Assembly (NCBI GenBank): GCA_002011815.1
Contig: MTOV01000004.1
Span: forward strand, 41,872 to 105,871
DNA: 64,000 bases
From: Nitrospirae bacterium JdFR-86
Lineage (GTDB): Bacteria; Nitrospirota; Thermodesulfovibrionia; Thermodesulfovibrionales; JdFR-86
Direction of reading: 5' to 3'
Shown: positions 9,299-17,976 of the stretch, piece by piece
How positions within the stretch are numbered: the first letter of the stretch is position 1
How the letters are laid out: the number at the start of each line of letters is the position of its first letter
Notes under the pieces: generated by a model
What the model was told of the DNA's origin: nothing
The model's database searches: none
What the model saw: the letters and a program-made list of their open reading frames with translations, nothing else
Translations under genes and position numbers: made by a program

Positions 9299-9353
9299 AG
9301 ACCTGCCCTGTCATATGAGATACGATAAGGGTAAAAGAAAAAAGGAGGTCAAG

Positions 9354-9566
9354 ATGATGACGACAAAGAAAAAGGTTACAAAAGACTCAATCATAGGGGA
9401 TGTGATAAAAGACAATCCCGAGGCGGCAAAGGTGATTGAGAAGTATTTCGGCAGCGGGTGCTTTACATGTCCGGGAATAAGAGTGGAGTCAATCAGCTTT
9501 GGCGCTATGATGCACAATGTAGACCCTGAAAAAATCGTAAAAGAGATAAACGAACTGGAGGACTAA
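9354..9566 (+). CDS. DUF1858 / ScdA-N-terminal-like small redox-associated protein
   Basis: The 70-aa product starts MMTTKKKVTKDSIIGDVIKDNPEAAKVIEKYFGSGCFTCPG... Strong SD AAGGAGG (9342-9348) precedes the ATG. The track ORF from 9060 is an artefactual 5' extension over the minus-strand gene. Confidence 0.65.
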   Translation: MMTTKKKVTKDSIIGDVIKDNPEAAKVIEKYFGSGCFTCPGIRVESISFGAMMHNVDPEKIVKEINELED

Positions 9567-9567
9567 C

Positions 9568-9696
9568 ATGGAGCTCAAGTGTTTTGTATGCGGCACTGAA
9601 GAGAAATCCACAGTGTATCTCAGGTGCGTACACGAAGGCAAAGAAAAGTTCGTATGTGTCAGGTGTCTTCCTGTGCTGATTCACGGCGCACACTAA
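9568..9696 (+). CDS. Small Cys-rich (CxxC...CxxC) zinc-ribbon-like protein, 42 aa, absent from the ORF track
   Basis: It translates to MELKCFVCGTEEKSTVYLRCVHEGKEKFVCVRCLPVLIHGAH. SD GGAGGA (9557-9562) lies 5 nt before ATG 9568. The ORF starts 1 nt after the upstream TAA. Confidence 0.55.
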   Translation: MELKCFVCGTEEKSTVYLRCVHEGKEKFVCVRCLPVLIHGAH

Positions 9697-9713
9697 CCTG
9701 ATATGCGGATAAT

Positions 9714-10919
9714 TTACTGTTCTTTCTTTAGTGTAAGAAAGGCTAAGGACTCTATGTGGTAGGTGTTGGGGAAAAAGTCTATCATCCTTACAGAGTCTAT
9801 ATTGTATTTATCTTTTAATTTTCTCAGGTCTCTTGCAAACGTTGAGGGATTACAGGAGATATAGACTATCTTTCGAGGGCTTATCTCCAGCACCTTTTTC
9901 ATTGCCTCGTTAGTCAGTCCGGGTCTTGGCGGATTGAGTATCAGTGCTTCGAAGTCTCCTTTGACCTTTGCTTTTTCAGCCTTTGCCTTTATGAACTTGA
10001 ATTTGCGTATATTGTTCATCGAGGCATTTCTCTGTCCGTCTTTTATTGCATAAGGGTTGTCTTCGACTGCCACTGTCTCCGAGGCAATCGAAGCAAGGGG
10101 AAGAGAGAAATTTCCTGCACCGGCATAAAGGTCAAGAATTCTTATCCCCTCAAGGTCTTTTAGTTCTTCTGTGATTATATTGACTACCTGTGTGTTTAAA
10201 TCCCAGTTGCTCTGGAAGAAGCTCCATGGGGAAACGGTATAAACCAGTCCATTAAGGTCAAGGCTCACATAGCCGTTTGCCCTGTAGCTTCCGTCCTGAA
10301 AGGCAATGCCTGAAAACCCTGCTTCAGCAAATTGCTCTGCCAGGGTCTCGTCAAAATCCTTTCCGATTATCAGTGCCAGAGGTGAATCTCCGTATGTTAC
10401 ATGAACTTCTTTTATGCCTGACAGGTCTAAATGTTTCAGTTTTCTCAGCATTTCGTTTATTTCTTTTACCATAAGAGGGCATTCATCTATTGCAACGACG
10501 TCTCTTGTACCTTCTTTATAAAACCCGATACTGCCGTCCTTTGACACTTTAAACTGCGCTCTTCTGCGGTAGTTAAAATTTCTTCCGGTTACAGGAGGCA
10601 AAAGCTCGATTTTTATATCTCCTATTCTTTCGAGACAGTCCGTAAGGATTTCAGTTTTCATTGAAACCTGTTTTTCGTAAGATACAAACTGGAGCTGACA
10701 CCCCCCGCATGCACCGAAATACCTGCATAACGGTTCAACTCTGTAAGAGGAAGGCTCGATTATATCGGTGACCGAGGCTACAGAGTAATCCCTCTTTTTT
10801 TCATCTATAGACACCTCGACGACTTCGCCCGGGACAGCGCCTTTAATAAACACAATCCCGTCGTTTCTTGATATAACGAACCCTCCGTAAACTGGAGCTT
10901 CTGCTTTCAGGACCGGCAT
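9714..10919 (-). CDS. RumA/RlmD-type 23S rRNA (uracil-C5)-methyltransferase with TRAM domain and 4Fe-4S cluster
   Basis: The TRAM-like N-terminus reads GGFVISRNDGIVFIKGAVPGEVVEV. The cluster motif CRYFGACGGCQLQ plus a downstream ECP Cys is present, with SAM motif LDLYAGAGNFSLPLA. The start is set to ATG 10919, which overlaps the receiver stop (TAATG). Confidence 0.85.
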   Translation of the reverse strand: MPVLKAEAPVYGGFVISRNDGIVFIKGAVPGEVVEVSIDEKKRDYSVASVTDIIEPSSYRVEPLCRYFGACGGCQLQFVSYEKQVSMKTEILTDCLERIGDIKIELLPPVTGRNFNYRRRAQFKVSKDGSIGFYKEGTRDVVAIDECPLMVKEINEMLRKLKHLDLSGIKEVHVTYGDSPLALIIGKDFDETLAEQFAEAGFSGIAFQDGSYRANGYVSLDLNGLVYTVSPWSFFQSNWDLNTQVVNIITEELKDLEGIRILDLYAGAGNFSLPLASIASETVAVEDNPYAIKDGQRNASMNNIRKFKFIKAKAEKAKVKGDFEALILNPPRPGLTNEAMKKVLEISPRKIVYISCNPSTFARDLRKLKDKYNIDSVRMIDFFPNTYHIESLAFLTLKKEQ

Positions 10920-11266
10920 TATTTGCTCAGGAGTTTCCTTATCATGGATTTTAACTCTGACAGGTCTGCCGACTTGACGAGATAAGCCTCCGAAGCCCAT
11001 ACAGCGAAGTCGTCCCTGTAGTCGTATGCCGTTGACATTATAATGGGTATTCTTGGCTTCAGCTCTTTCATCCGTCTCAGAAGACTTATTCCGTCTATGT
11101 CAGGCATAAGTATATCCAGAGTCACGAGGTCAGGCTCTTCTTTTTCGAATATTTCCATTGCTTCTTTGCCAGTGCCTGCCACCAGCACTTCATATCCTTC
11201 CTCTTCAAGTTCTTCCTTATATAATCTCAGAATATGAGCATCGTCATCCACGACCAACACCTTCAT
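10919..11266 (-). CDS. Single-domain CheY-like response regulator (receiver only)
   Basis: Conserved receiver residues are intact: MKVLVVDDD, TLDILMPDIDG, IIMSTAY and YLVKS. SD GGAGG lies inside the kinase 3' end, and the gene starts 1 nt after the kinase stop. Confidence 0.9.
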   Translation of the reverse strand: MKVLVVDDDAHILRLYKEELEEEGYEVLVAGTGKEAMEIFEKEEPDLVTLDILMPDIDGISLLRRMKELKPRIPIIMSTAYDYRDDFAVWASEAYLVKSADLSELKSMIRKLLSK

Positions 11267-11267
11267 T

Positions 11268-14200
11268 TTAGCCCTCCTTTAATGGCAAATAAACTTTAAA
11301 TTTTGTTCCCTGTCCTATCTTACTTTCGACAGTAATCCTGCCTTCGTGTTCCTCTACGATCCTTTTGGCTATGGCAAGCCCAAGCCCTGTGCCCATGGGT
11401 CTTGTAGTAAAGAACGGATCAAAAATCCGGTTCAGGTCTTCAGCTTTTATGCCGCAGCCTGTGTCTGAAATCTCCAAGACTCCGCTTCCGCCCTCTTTGT
11501 ATGTCCTTACCGTAATAGTGCCGCCGTCAGTAGCCTGATTCGCATTTGCAATAATATTCAGCACAGCTTCTTTAATCCTGTCAGGGTCTATTATCATCTT
11601 AATCCCTGGCTTGTAGAAGTCTTTAATCACCTTATTCCCCCGCTCTGAGAACTCTGTGCTCAGGAGTTCGATTGTGTTTCTTGCAATGTCATTAAGGTCA
11701 ACGAGCTTTCTTGCTATTCTCACATCCCTCACGAACCCAAGTATTTCCTTCAGGATGCCTTCAAGCCTGCGTACTTCGTTGGATATTATGCGTGCGTAAT
11801 CTTTAAGATTCCCTTCGAGCTTGCTTTCGAGTCTTTTTGCGAAACCGCCTACAGAGACAAGAGGGTTTCTTATCTCGTGCGCAACCTTTGCAGCGACTTC
11901 ACCCAAGGCAGCCATTCTTTCTGCAGACTGGAGTTTTTCGCGCAGGACTTTCAGTTCTGTAATGTCTCTCACGACATGAACTGTGCCGAGGAAATTGCCG
12001 TCTGTATCGAATATCGGAGATGTGGATGTAAGAAACGTGCCGTTCAGATGCGGGTCTTCAAGTTCTTCAACGTATGGCTTCATAGTCTCGACTGTTTTGT
12101 GATGAGGGCACAGAGGCCATGGCTCATCCATACCGTGAAATACCTCATAGCACTTCCTGCCTATTATTGACTTTTCAGGAATTCCAAGCTTGGTGACAAC
12201 AGACTGGTTCACATTCTTGATTATATATTCTTTATCAGTAAAGAACACCATGTCCGATATGGACCTGAATATATTTTCCAGTTCTGCCTCTGCCAACGAG
12301 ACCTGCTGGAACAGCCTTGCTGCCTCTATGGCAGAGGCAACCTGATCTGCAAATCCAATAAGAAATTTCATATCCTCGTCTGTTATAGGCTTCTTGTTGA
12401 ATAAATTATCAACCCACAACACCCCTATGACCTTGTCTCTCGAAACGAGTGGCACTACTGCATATGCCTCTGTTCCCAACTGCTGGATAAGAAGTGAGTC
12501 AGAAGACGGTTCAGCCTTGACATCCTTTACATTAAAAGCTGTCTTCTGCTTGACAGCCTTTGTAAGGACTGTATCCACCTCAAGCGGGATTTCCAGCCCG
12601 ATGCTCAGCCTGTCAAGAAAAGAGTCTTTTCTGAGAGGACCTTCCTCTATGTCGCGCATTATCTCACGAAGGGTTCTCTTCTCTATGGACAGTTTTTCCC
12701 ATATATGCCATGCCTCTTCAGGGCTTGAAGGCCCTACACCCATTACGCCTTTAAGGGTGTTCTTCTCCTCGTCAATAAGGAACAGTATTGCTCTGTTGAA
12801 GCCCAACCCGTCGCTCATCGTGACAGCTGTAAGCACCATTCTTAAAAGCCTGTCGAGTTCAAGCGTGCCCCTCATTGCAGAGCTTATGAAAAACAGTCTT
12901 GAAAGCTCCTGATTTCTTCTTATCAATTCTTTTTCCACGCGCTTTTTGTCTGATATATCCCTTGATATACCGCTTATTCCGATAATCTCACCGGTAACGT
13001 CTTTTATAGGTGAAAGTGTCAAGCTCACTTCTATCAGTGTGCCGTCTTTTCTTTTTCTAAACGTCTCCAGTTTAAGCACTTCCCCGTTTTTTATCTTCTG
13101 TATGTTTTCTTTTTCAAATTCCATGAGCGAGTCAGGGATAAAAGGCAAGAATTTTCCAATAACCTCTTCTGCCTTATATCCGTATATCTCTTCTGCTGCC
13201 GGATTCCATGACTTTATAATCCCGTTAAGGTCAGATGTAACTATGGCGTCTGCTGAATTATTTATCAGACTTTCCATGTATTCCTTAGTCTGCATGACTT
13301 CTCTGTAAAGCCCCATAATCTCTTCCTGATAAAGCACCCTGTCGGTTATATCCTGTATGAAGACGACTGCTTCCACTACCTCGCCGTCTTCGTTTTTAAC
13401 AGGGTAGGAAGTCAGTTCTGCATAATTAAGACCGCTTGACTGGGTTATGGAATTAATATCTCCGGTGTCAAACGTTGCCTTTGCAGCGCAGTGAGGACAA
13501 ATACCGCCTTTTCCATGAAAAACTTCAAGTGCGCTTTTGTGGACTACTTCCTGAAGAGGTTTATCTATCCATCTTTCGATATATTTATTTGCAGCCAGAA
13601 CGACATAGTTTTTATCGAGGGTTATTATTCCGCCCTGAACACTTTCAAATAACAGGTCAAGTCTCTTTTTTGCTTCGAGTATCTCGGCTTCTCTTCTTTG
13701 TTTTTCTTCCTGCATTCGTGCCTTGTCTATTGCTATGGCGGATATAGAGGCAAATCCTTCTGCCACATTAAGGTCATCAAGGGAAAAGGGGATTGCCTCG
13801 CCTTTGTCATCGAGTTTGTCAAAAAGTCCGAGTGTTCCGATGATTCTGTCTCCGACTTTTAAAGGCACGGATATTGCCGATTTTGCTGCTATTGCTGCTC
13901 CTCTCATCTCTTCAGGCATCTTTGATATGTCTTCTACAAACAGTGACCTGCCTTCTTTTGCCACCCATCCTGCAATACCTTTTCCAACGGGTAAAGCCGT
14001 GTCTTTTTGCATTTCGTCCAATGGTCCAAAGTATGATTTAATCTTTAACAAACCGTCCTCAAGAAGTCTTATTACACATCCTCTGGCATTAATCAACTTT
14101 GCAATTTCTGCAGCGATAGTTCTCAGCAGTTCGTCTGGCTCGTAAACGGATGTTAACGCCCTGCTTAATTCATAAACAATACTCAGTTGTTTTAACTGGT

Positions 14201-15446
14201 TTTTCGTCTCTTCATAAAGTTCTATATTCCTTACTGTCGTGCTTATTGTATGTGCCAGGATCATGGCTGTATCTATTTCGTCCTTTGTAAAACCTTTTGG
14301 TTCGTATTTTCCCAGCACCAAAAGTCCACGGCAGGTCTGGTCACGCACTATAGGGATAATCATTAAAGAGCCAGCAGTCTTGCAGATGATATCTGCTTCA
14401 GGGAACTTGCTTGTATCGTCGACAATGACAGGCTTAAGGGTTTCGAGTACCTGCCTGGCTATCTCTGAATCGATAGGAAGGCACACATCAGCAGGCATAT
14501 CTTTCATATTGCAGGATTCAAGACAGAAAGCCTTTTTTTCAATCTTAAGCAGAAAGACTGCACATAGGTCTTTCTCCATTTTATTTGCTATGACTTCCAC
14601 CATGAGGTTTAACGCCTCTTTGAGTTCAGGCGTCATGCCTGCTATTTTTGCCACTGCAAGGAAGAGTTCTGTCTCTTTAAGTTTGCGTTTTATCTTGATG
14701 TCTGACTCTTCAAGGCTTTCCACCATGTCGTCGAATCTTCTTGCGATTGTTCCAAACTCGTCTTTTCGTTCGGAACCTATCCTGTAGCTGAGGTCGCCGG
14801 AAGCAACCCTTTCCGTAGCATTAAGCATTTCTTTATACGGTTCTTCAAGTATTCTGCGCATGAGCACCACGAGGAAGACTGAGGTCAAAAGAGTAAAAGC
14901 GATAAGCAAAGACAGATAAAATGTCATATTTCTTCTTATTTTTTCGCCTGTAGCGATAACATCCATCGTGGAGTTTATTGACTCCATGTGCAGCACATCC
15001 ATTTTTGAAAGAATTGATGCTTCTTTTGCATCCAGTGTTTCCAGAGCCTTTAGCACCTTGGCGTTACCTATTGGTCTTTTGGTGGAGATTATTGTCTTTG
15101 CGGTCTTTTTCAGTTTTTGAAAGTCCAGTCCTATAGCCTTGATCGCCTGTTTATCTTCTTCAAGCCTGTCAAGTTCTCCGAAACTTTTATTGACTTTCGA
15201 GAGGCTTTCGTGAAACCGTCTTTTATAAACGGCATTGCCTGTTAGTGCCCAGCCTTTTGTCGCCCTTGAAAACTCCAGTATTGATTCTCTCAAATCCTGA
15301 TGGAGCTTATGTCTTTGCACCTCCAATGCAAGAACATTGATGTTTTCATCCAGACTGCTGAAGATATAAAACGCACCTATACCGAGAATTGCGGCAGTGG
15401 CAAGAAACGCAAGCATAAAAAGTATAATCTTGAGTCTGAGACTCAC
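11268..15446 (-). CDS. Large membrane sensor histidine kinase (2 TM + helical sensor, HAMP, 3 GAF, 3 PAS, HisKA, HATPase_c)
   Basis: Two TM helices lie at about aa 7-30 and 176-196. The H-box AAKVAHEIRNPL and a C-terminal ATPase with DTGCGI...GTGLGLAIAKRIVEEHEG are present. The GTG start overlaps the glgA stop (GTGA). Confidence 0.9.
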   Translation of the reverse strand: MSLRLKIILFMLAFLATAAILGIGAFYIFSSLDENINVLALEVQRHKLHQDLRESILEFSRATKGWALTGNAVYKRRFHESLSKVNKSFGELDRLEEDKQAIKAIGLDFQKLKKTAKTIISTKRPIGNAKVLKALETLDAKEASILSKMDVLHMESINSTMDVIATGEKIRRNMTFYLSLLIAFTLLTSVFLVVLMRRILEEPYKEMLNATERVASGDLSYRIGSERKDEFGTIARRFDDMVESLEESDIKIKRKLKETELFLAVAKIAGMTPELKEALNLMVEVIANKMEKDLCAVFLLKIEKKAFCLESCNMKDMPADVCLPIDSEIARQVLETLKPVIVDDTSKFPEADIICKTAGSLMIIPIVRDQTCRGLLVLGKYEPKGFTKDEIDTAMILAHTISTTVRNIELYEETKNQLKQLSIVYELSRALTSVYEPDELLRTIAAEIAKLINARGCVIRLLEDGLLKIKSYFGPLDEMQKDTALPVGKGIAGWVAKEGRSLFVEDISKMPEEMRGAAIAAKSAISVPLKVGDRIIGTLGLFDKLDDKGEAIPFSLDDLNVAEGFASISAIAIDKARMQEEKQRREAEILEAKKRLDLLFESVQGGIITLDKNYVVLAANKYIERWIDKPLQEVVHKSALEVFHGKGGICPHCAAKATFDTGDINSITQSSGLNYAELTSYPVKNEDGEVVEAVVFIQDITDRVLYQEEIMGLYREVMQTKEYMESLINNSADAIVTSDLNGIIKSWNPAAEEIYGYKAEEVIGKFLPFIPDSLMEFEKENIQKIKNGEVLKLETFRKRKDGTLIEVSLTLSPIKDVTGEIIGISGISRDISDKKRVEKELIRRNQELSRLFFISSAMRGTLELDRLLRMVLTAVTMSDGLGFNRAILFLIDEEKNTLKGVMGVGPSSPEEAWHIWEKLSIEKRTLREIMRDIEEGPLRKDSFLDRLSIGLEIPLEVDTVLTKAVKQKTAFNVKDVKAEPSSDSLLIQQLGTEAYAVVPLVSRDKVIGVLWVDNLFNKKPITDEDMKFLIGFADQVASAIEAARLFQQVSLAEAELENIFRSISDMVFFTDKEYIIKNVNQSVVTKLGIPEKSIIGRKCYEVFHGMDEPWPLCPHHKTVETMKPYVEELEDPHLNGTFLTSTSPIFDTDGNFLGTVHVVRDITELKVLREKLQSAERMAALGEVAAKVAHEIRNPLVSVGGFAKRLESKLEGNLKDYARIISNEVRRLEGILKEILGFVRDVRIARKLVDLNDIARNTIELLSTEFSERGNKVIKDFYKPGIKMIIDPDRIKEAVLNIIANANQATDGGTITVRTYKEGGSGVLEISDTGCGIKAEDLNRIFDPFFTTRPMGTGLGLAIAKRIVEEHEGRITVESKIGQGTKFKVYLPLKEG

Positions 15447-16876
15447 CCCGTAACCTTTCTTACAAGTTTTCTATAAAGTGCTACATACTCTTTGGCAGAC
15501 TTCTCCCACGAGAATCTCTGCCTCATGCAATTAATAACAATTTTCTTCCACTTTGTCTCGTCGGTATAGACACAGATAGCCCTTTTGAGACATTCTTCAA
15601 GAGCTGACGAACTATATTCTGTAAACAAAAAGCCGGTGCCTTTTCCGCTCAGATGGTTGTAGTCCTCAACTGTATCTGCAATACCGCCTGTAGCCCTTGC
15701 TACAGGCACAGTGCCGTATCGCATTGCAATCATTTGTGTCAGACCGCAGGGCTCATATTTCGAGGGTATAAGAAGCATGTCAGAGCCGGCATAGACACGG
15801 TGGGCAAAAGTCTCGTCATAGCCTATATTAAGGGAAAGGCAGTCCGGGTATTTTTTTGCAATCCCCCTTAATTCTTTGTGTATAGCCTCTTCGCCTTTTC
15901 CAAGGATGATTACGTTTACCCCGTATGAAAATATCCTGTCGATTACTCCCATAAAGATATCAATTCCTTTTTGGGAGGACAGCCTGCCCACCATGCCGAC
16001 AAGTGGTGCCTTTCTGTTCTTGAAAGAACACTCTTTTACCAGATAACTCTTGCACTTTGCCTTGCCTGTAATGTCCCGAACGTCGAACTTTGCAGGAATC
16101 AGGTCATCCTCTGCTGGATTCCATTCCTTATAGTCTATGCCGTTTATGATGCCTGTGATATCATGAGCCCTGTGTCTTAAGACACCGTCGAGTCCAAATC
16201 CGTATTGTTCACTAAGTATTTCTTTTGCATAATTTGTGCTCACGGTAGTTACGAAGTCCGCCGTTGTGATTCCTGCCTTGAGAAGGTTTATCTGCCCGTA
16301 AAACTCTATTGTCTTTGGGGTAAAGAGTTCCATGTCAAGCCCTGTAAGCAGCATAGCGGATGCAGGGAATATGCCCTGATAGCCGAGGTTGTGAATCGTC
16401 ATCACCGTAGCAGTCTTTGAAAAGGACTTTTTATAAATGCTCTTTACATAAAGGGGTATGAGTCCTGTCTGCCAGTCGTTACAGTGCAGGACATCCGGCT
16501 TGAAGCCTAAGGCGTCACATGCCTCAAGCACTGCCCTTGAGAAGAATATAAATCTATGGGCATTGTCAGGGTAGTCGCCCTCGGATGTGCCGTAAAGCTC
16601 TTCTCTGTCGAAAAATTCGTTGCATTCGATAAAAAATACCGAATCCTTGTATGAAAATATCTTAGCAGTGTAGTTTTTGTTGCCGACAGGCACTGTTATT
16701 TCGTGCCCTGTATCATTCAGGTCGAATCGGTCTTTTATTCCCCTGTAGAGGGGAAGTGCAAGGCGGGCGTCCACCTTCAGGTTCCGGATTTCCCTGATGA
16801 GGGTTCCCATGACATCGGCAAGCCCCCCTGTCTTTACAAAAGGGATAGCCTCAGAAGCAACAATCAGTATCTTCAT
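15443..16876 (-). CDS. glgA: Glycogen synthase (ADP-glucose type)
   Basis: The N-terminus is MKILIVASEAIPFVKTGGLADV. HCNDWQTGLIP and the C-terminal EPCGLTQMIAMRYGTVPVARATGGIADTV follow. Confidence 0.95.
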   Translation of the reverse strand: MKILIVASEAIPFVKTGGLADVMGTLIREIRNLKVDARLALPLYRGIKDRFDLNDTGHEITVPVGNKNYTAKIFSYKDSVFFIECNEFFDREELYGTSEGDYPDNAHRFIFFSRAVLEACDALGFKPDVLHCNDWQTGLIPLYVKSIYKKSFSKTATVMTIHNLGYQGIFPASAMLLTGLDMELFTPKTIEFYGQINLLKAGITTADFVTTVSTNYAKEILSEQYGFGLDGVLRHRAHDITGIINGIDYKEWNPAEDDLIPAKFDVRDITGKAKCKSYLVKECSFKNRKAPLVGMVGRLSSQKGIDIFMGVIDRIFSYGVNVIILGKGEEAIHKELRGIAKKYPDCLSLNIGYDETFAHRVYAGSDMLLIPSKYEPCGLTQMIAMRYGTVPVARATGGIADTVEDYNHLSGKGTGFLFTEYSSSALEECLKRAICVYTDETKWKKIVINCMRQRFSWEKSAKEYVALYRKLVRKVTG

Positions 16877-16898
16877 ACAGAAATATTCTTTGTTCCGC

Positions 16899-17894
16899 CT
16901 AAATCTTTGCCTCTCTCATAAACCTTGCAGCTTCCTCCGGTGGAGTAGGATTTATGTAAAACCCTGAGCCCCACTCAAAGCCAGCTATCTTCGTAAGCTT
17001 GGGCATGACCTCTATGTGCCAGTGATAATACTCATTCTGCTCATCGTTGAACGGGGAGGTATGTAACATGAAATTGTAAGCGGGCGCATCCAGTATCTTG
17101 TCGAGTTGCTTCAGCACTTTCTGGAACAATTCAGCAAGCTCAGCAAAACTGTTGTTACGGTGGGTAAAAGCAGACTCATGAGTTTTTGGAAGTATCCATG
17201 TCTCAAACGGAGACCTCGGAGCAAAAGGCGCTATGGCAATATAATTTTCGTTCTCGCATACAACTCTTCTTCCGTCAGACAGTTCCTGATACACTATATC
17301 GCAGAAAAGACATCTTTCCCTGAGTTCATAGTGTTTTTTTGCTCCCTGTATCTCGTCCTTTACTGTTCTCGGCACTATGGGAAGGGCTATAAGCTGGGTG
17401 TGAGAATGCTCAAGCGAAGCACCTGCTGCTTCGCCCTCGTTCTTGAATATCAGGACGTGTTTTATCCTTGTGTCTTTCTTAAGCTCGGTCAACCTTTTGT
17501 AATACGCCCACAGCGTGTCCTCAAATGCGCTCTGGGGCATCGTTGCAAGTGAAAGGTTATGGTCAGGCGTCTCTACTATTACTTCATGGGCACCTACTCC
17601 GTTCATCTTATCGTATATCCCTTCACCCTTTTTATTGAGCATACCGTCCATCTGAAGGGCAGGAAATTTGTTCGGCATGACCCTTAATGACCAGCCCGGA
17701 GTATTAGGCTCAGAACCATCTCTTCTGAAAGCCAGTATCTCCGGAGGTGTCGTATACTCATTGCCGGGACAGAAAGGACAAAAACCGCCCTTCTTCTTCT
17801 GTGACGGTGACACAAAATCAGTAGGCCTTTTTCCCCTTTCCACGGATATAATCACCCATCTTCCAAGTACAGGATCTTTTCTTAATTCAGGCAT
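16899..17894 (-). CDS. GalT-family nucleotidyltransferase (galactose-1-phosphate uridylyltransferase-like; possibly an ADP-glucose phosphorylase type)
   Basis: The zinc motif CPFCPGNE and the active-site SLEHSHTQLIALP (HxHxQ) are present. SD GGAGG precedes the ATG. Confidence 0.85.
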   Translation of the reverse strand: MPELRKDPVLGRWVIISVERGKRPTDFVSPSQKKKGGFCPFCPGNEYTTPPEILAFRRDGSEPNTPGWSLRVMPNKFPALQMDGMLNKKGEGIYDKMNGVGAHEVIVETPDHNLSLATMPQSAFEDTLWAYYKRLTELKKDTRIKHVLIFKNEGEAAGASLEHSHTQLIALPIVPRTVKDEIQGAKKHYELRERCLFCDIVYQELSDGRRVVCENENYIAIAPFAPRSPFETWILPKTHESAFTHRNNSFAELAELFQKVLKQLDKILDAPAYNFMLHTSPFNDEQNEYYHWHIEVMPKLTKIAGFEWGSGFYINPTPPEEAARFMREAKI

Positions 17895-17976
17895 ACGACC
17901 TCCACATGAAAATGAACGTAAGCAACTGGATTTTTTAAAATTTTATTTATTATATCATAATGAGCTATAATCCCAT

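Noticed and set aside
9060-9353. 5' extension of the DUF1858 ORF (the track ORF starts at 9060)
   Set aside because: The extension overlaps the minus-strand membrane-protein gene and the intergenic promoter region. A strong SD and ATG at 9354 give the conserved 70-aa size.
10920-11000. 5' extension of the RumA-type methyltransferase ORF
   Set aside because: The extension overlaps the receiver gene. ATG 10919 gives the typical TRAM-domain N-terminus and a TAATG coupling junction.
12394-14787. Several 120-180-aa plus-strand ORFs (12394-12912, 12946-13308, 13723-14145, 14239-14787)
   Set aside because: All are antisense to the single 1392-aa histidine kinase gene. The translations are Ser-rich and low complexity, so they are frame shadows.
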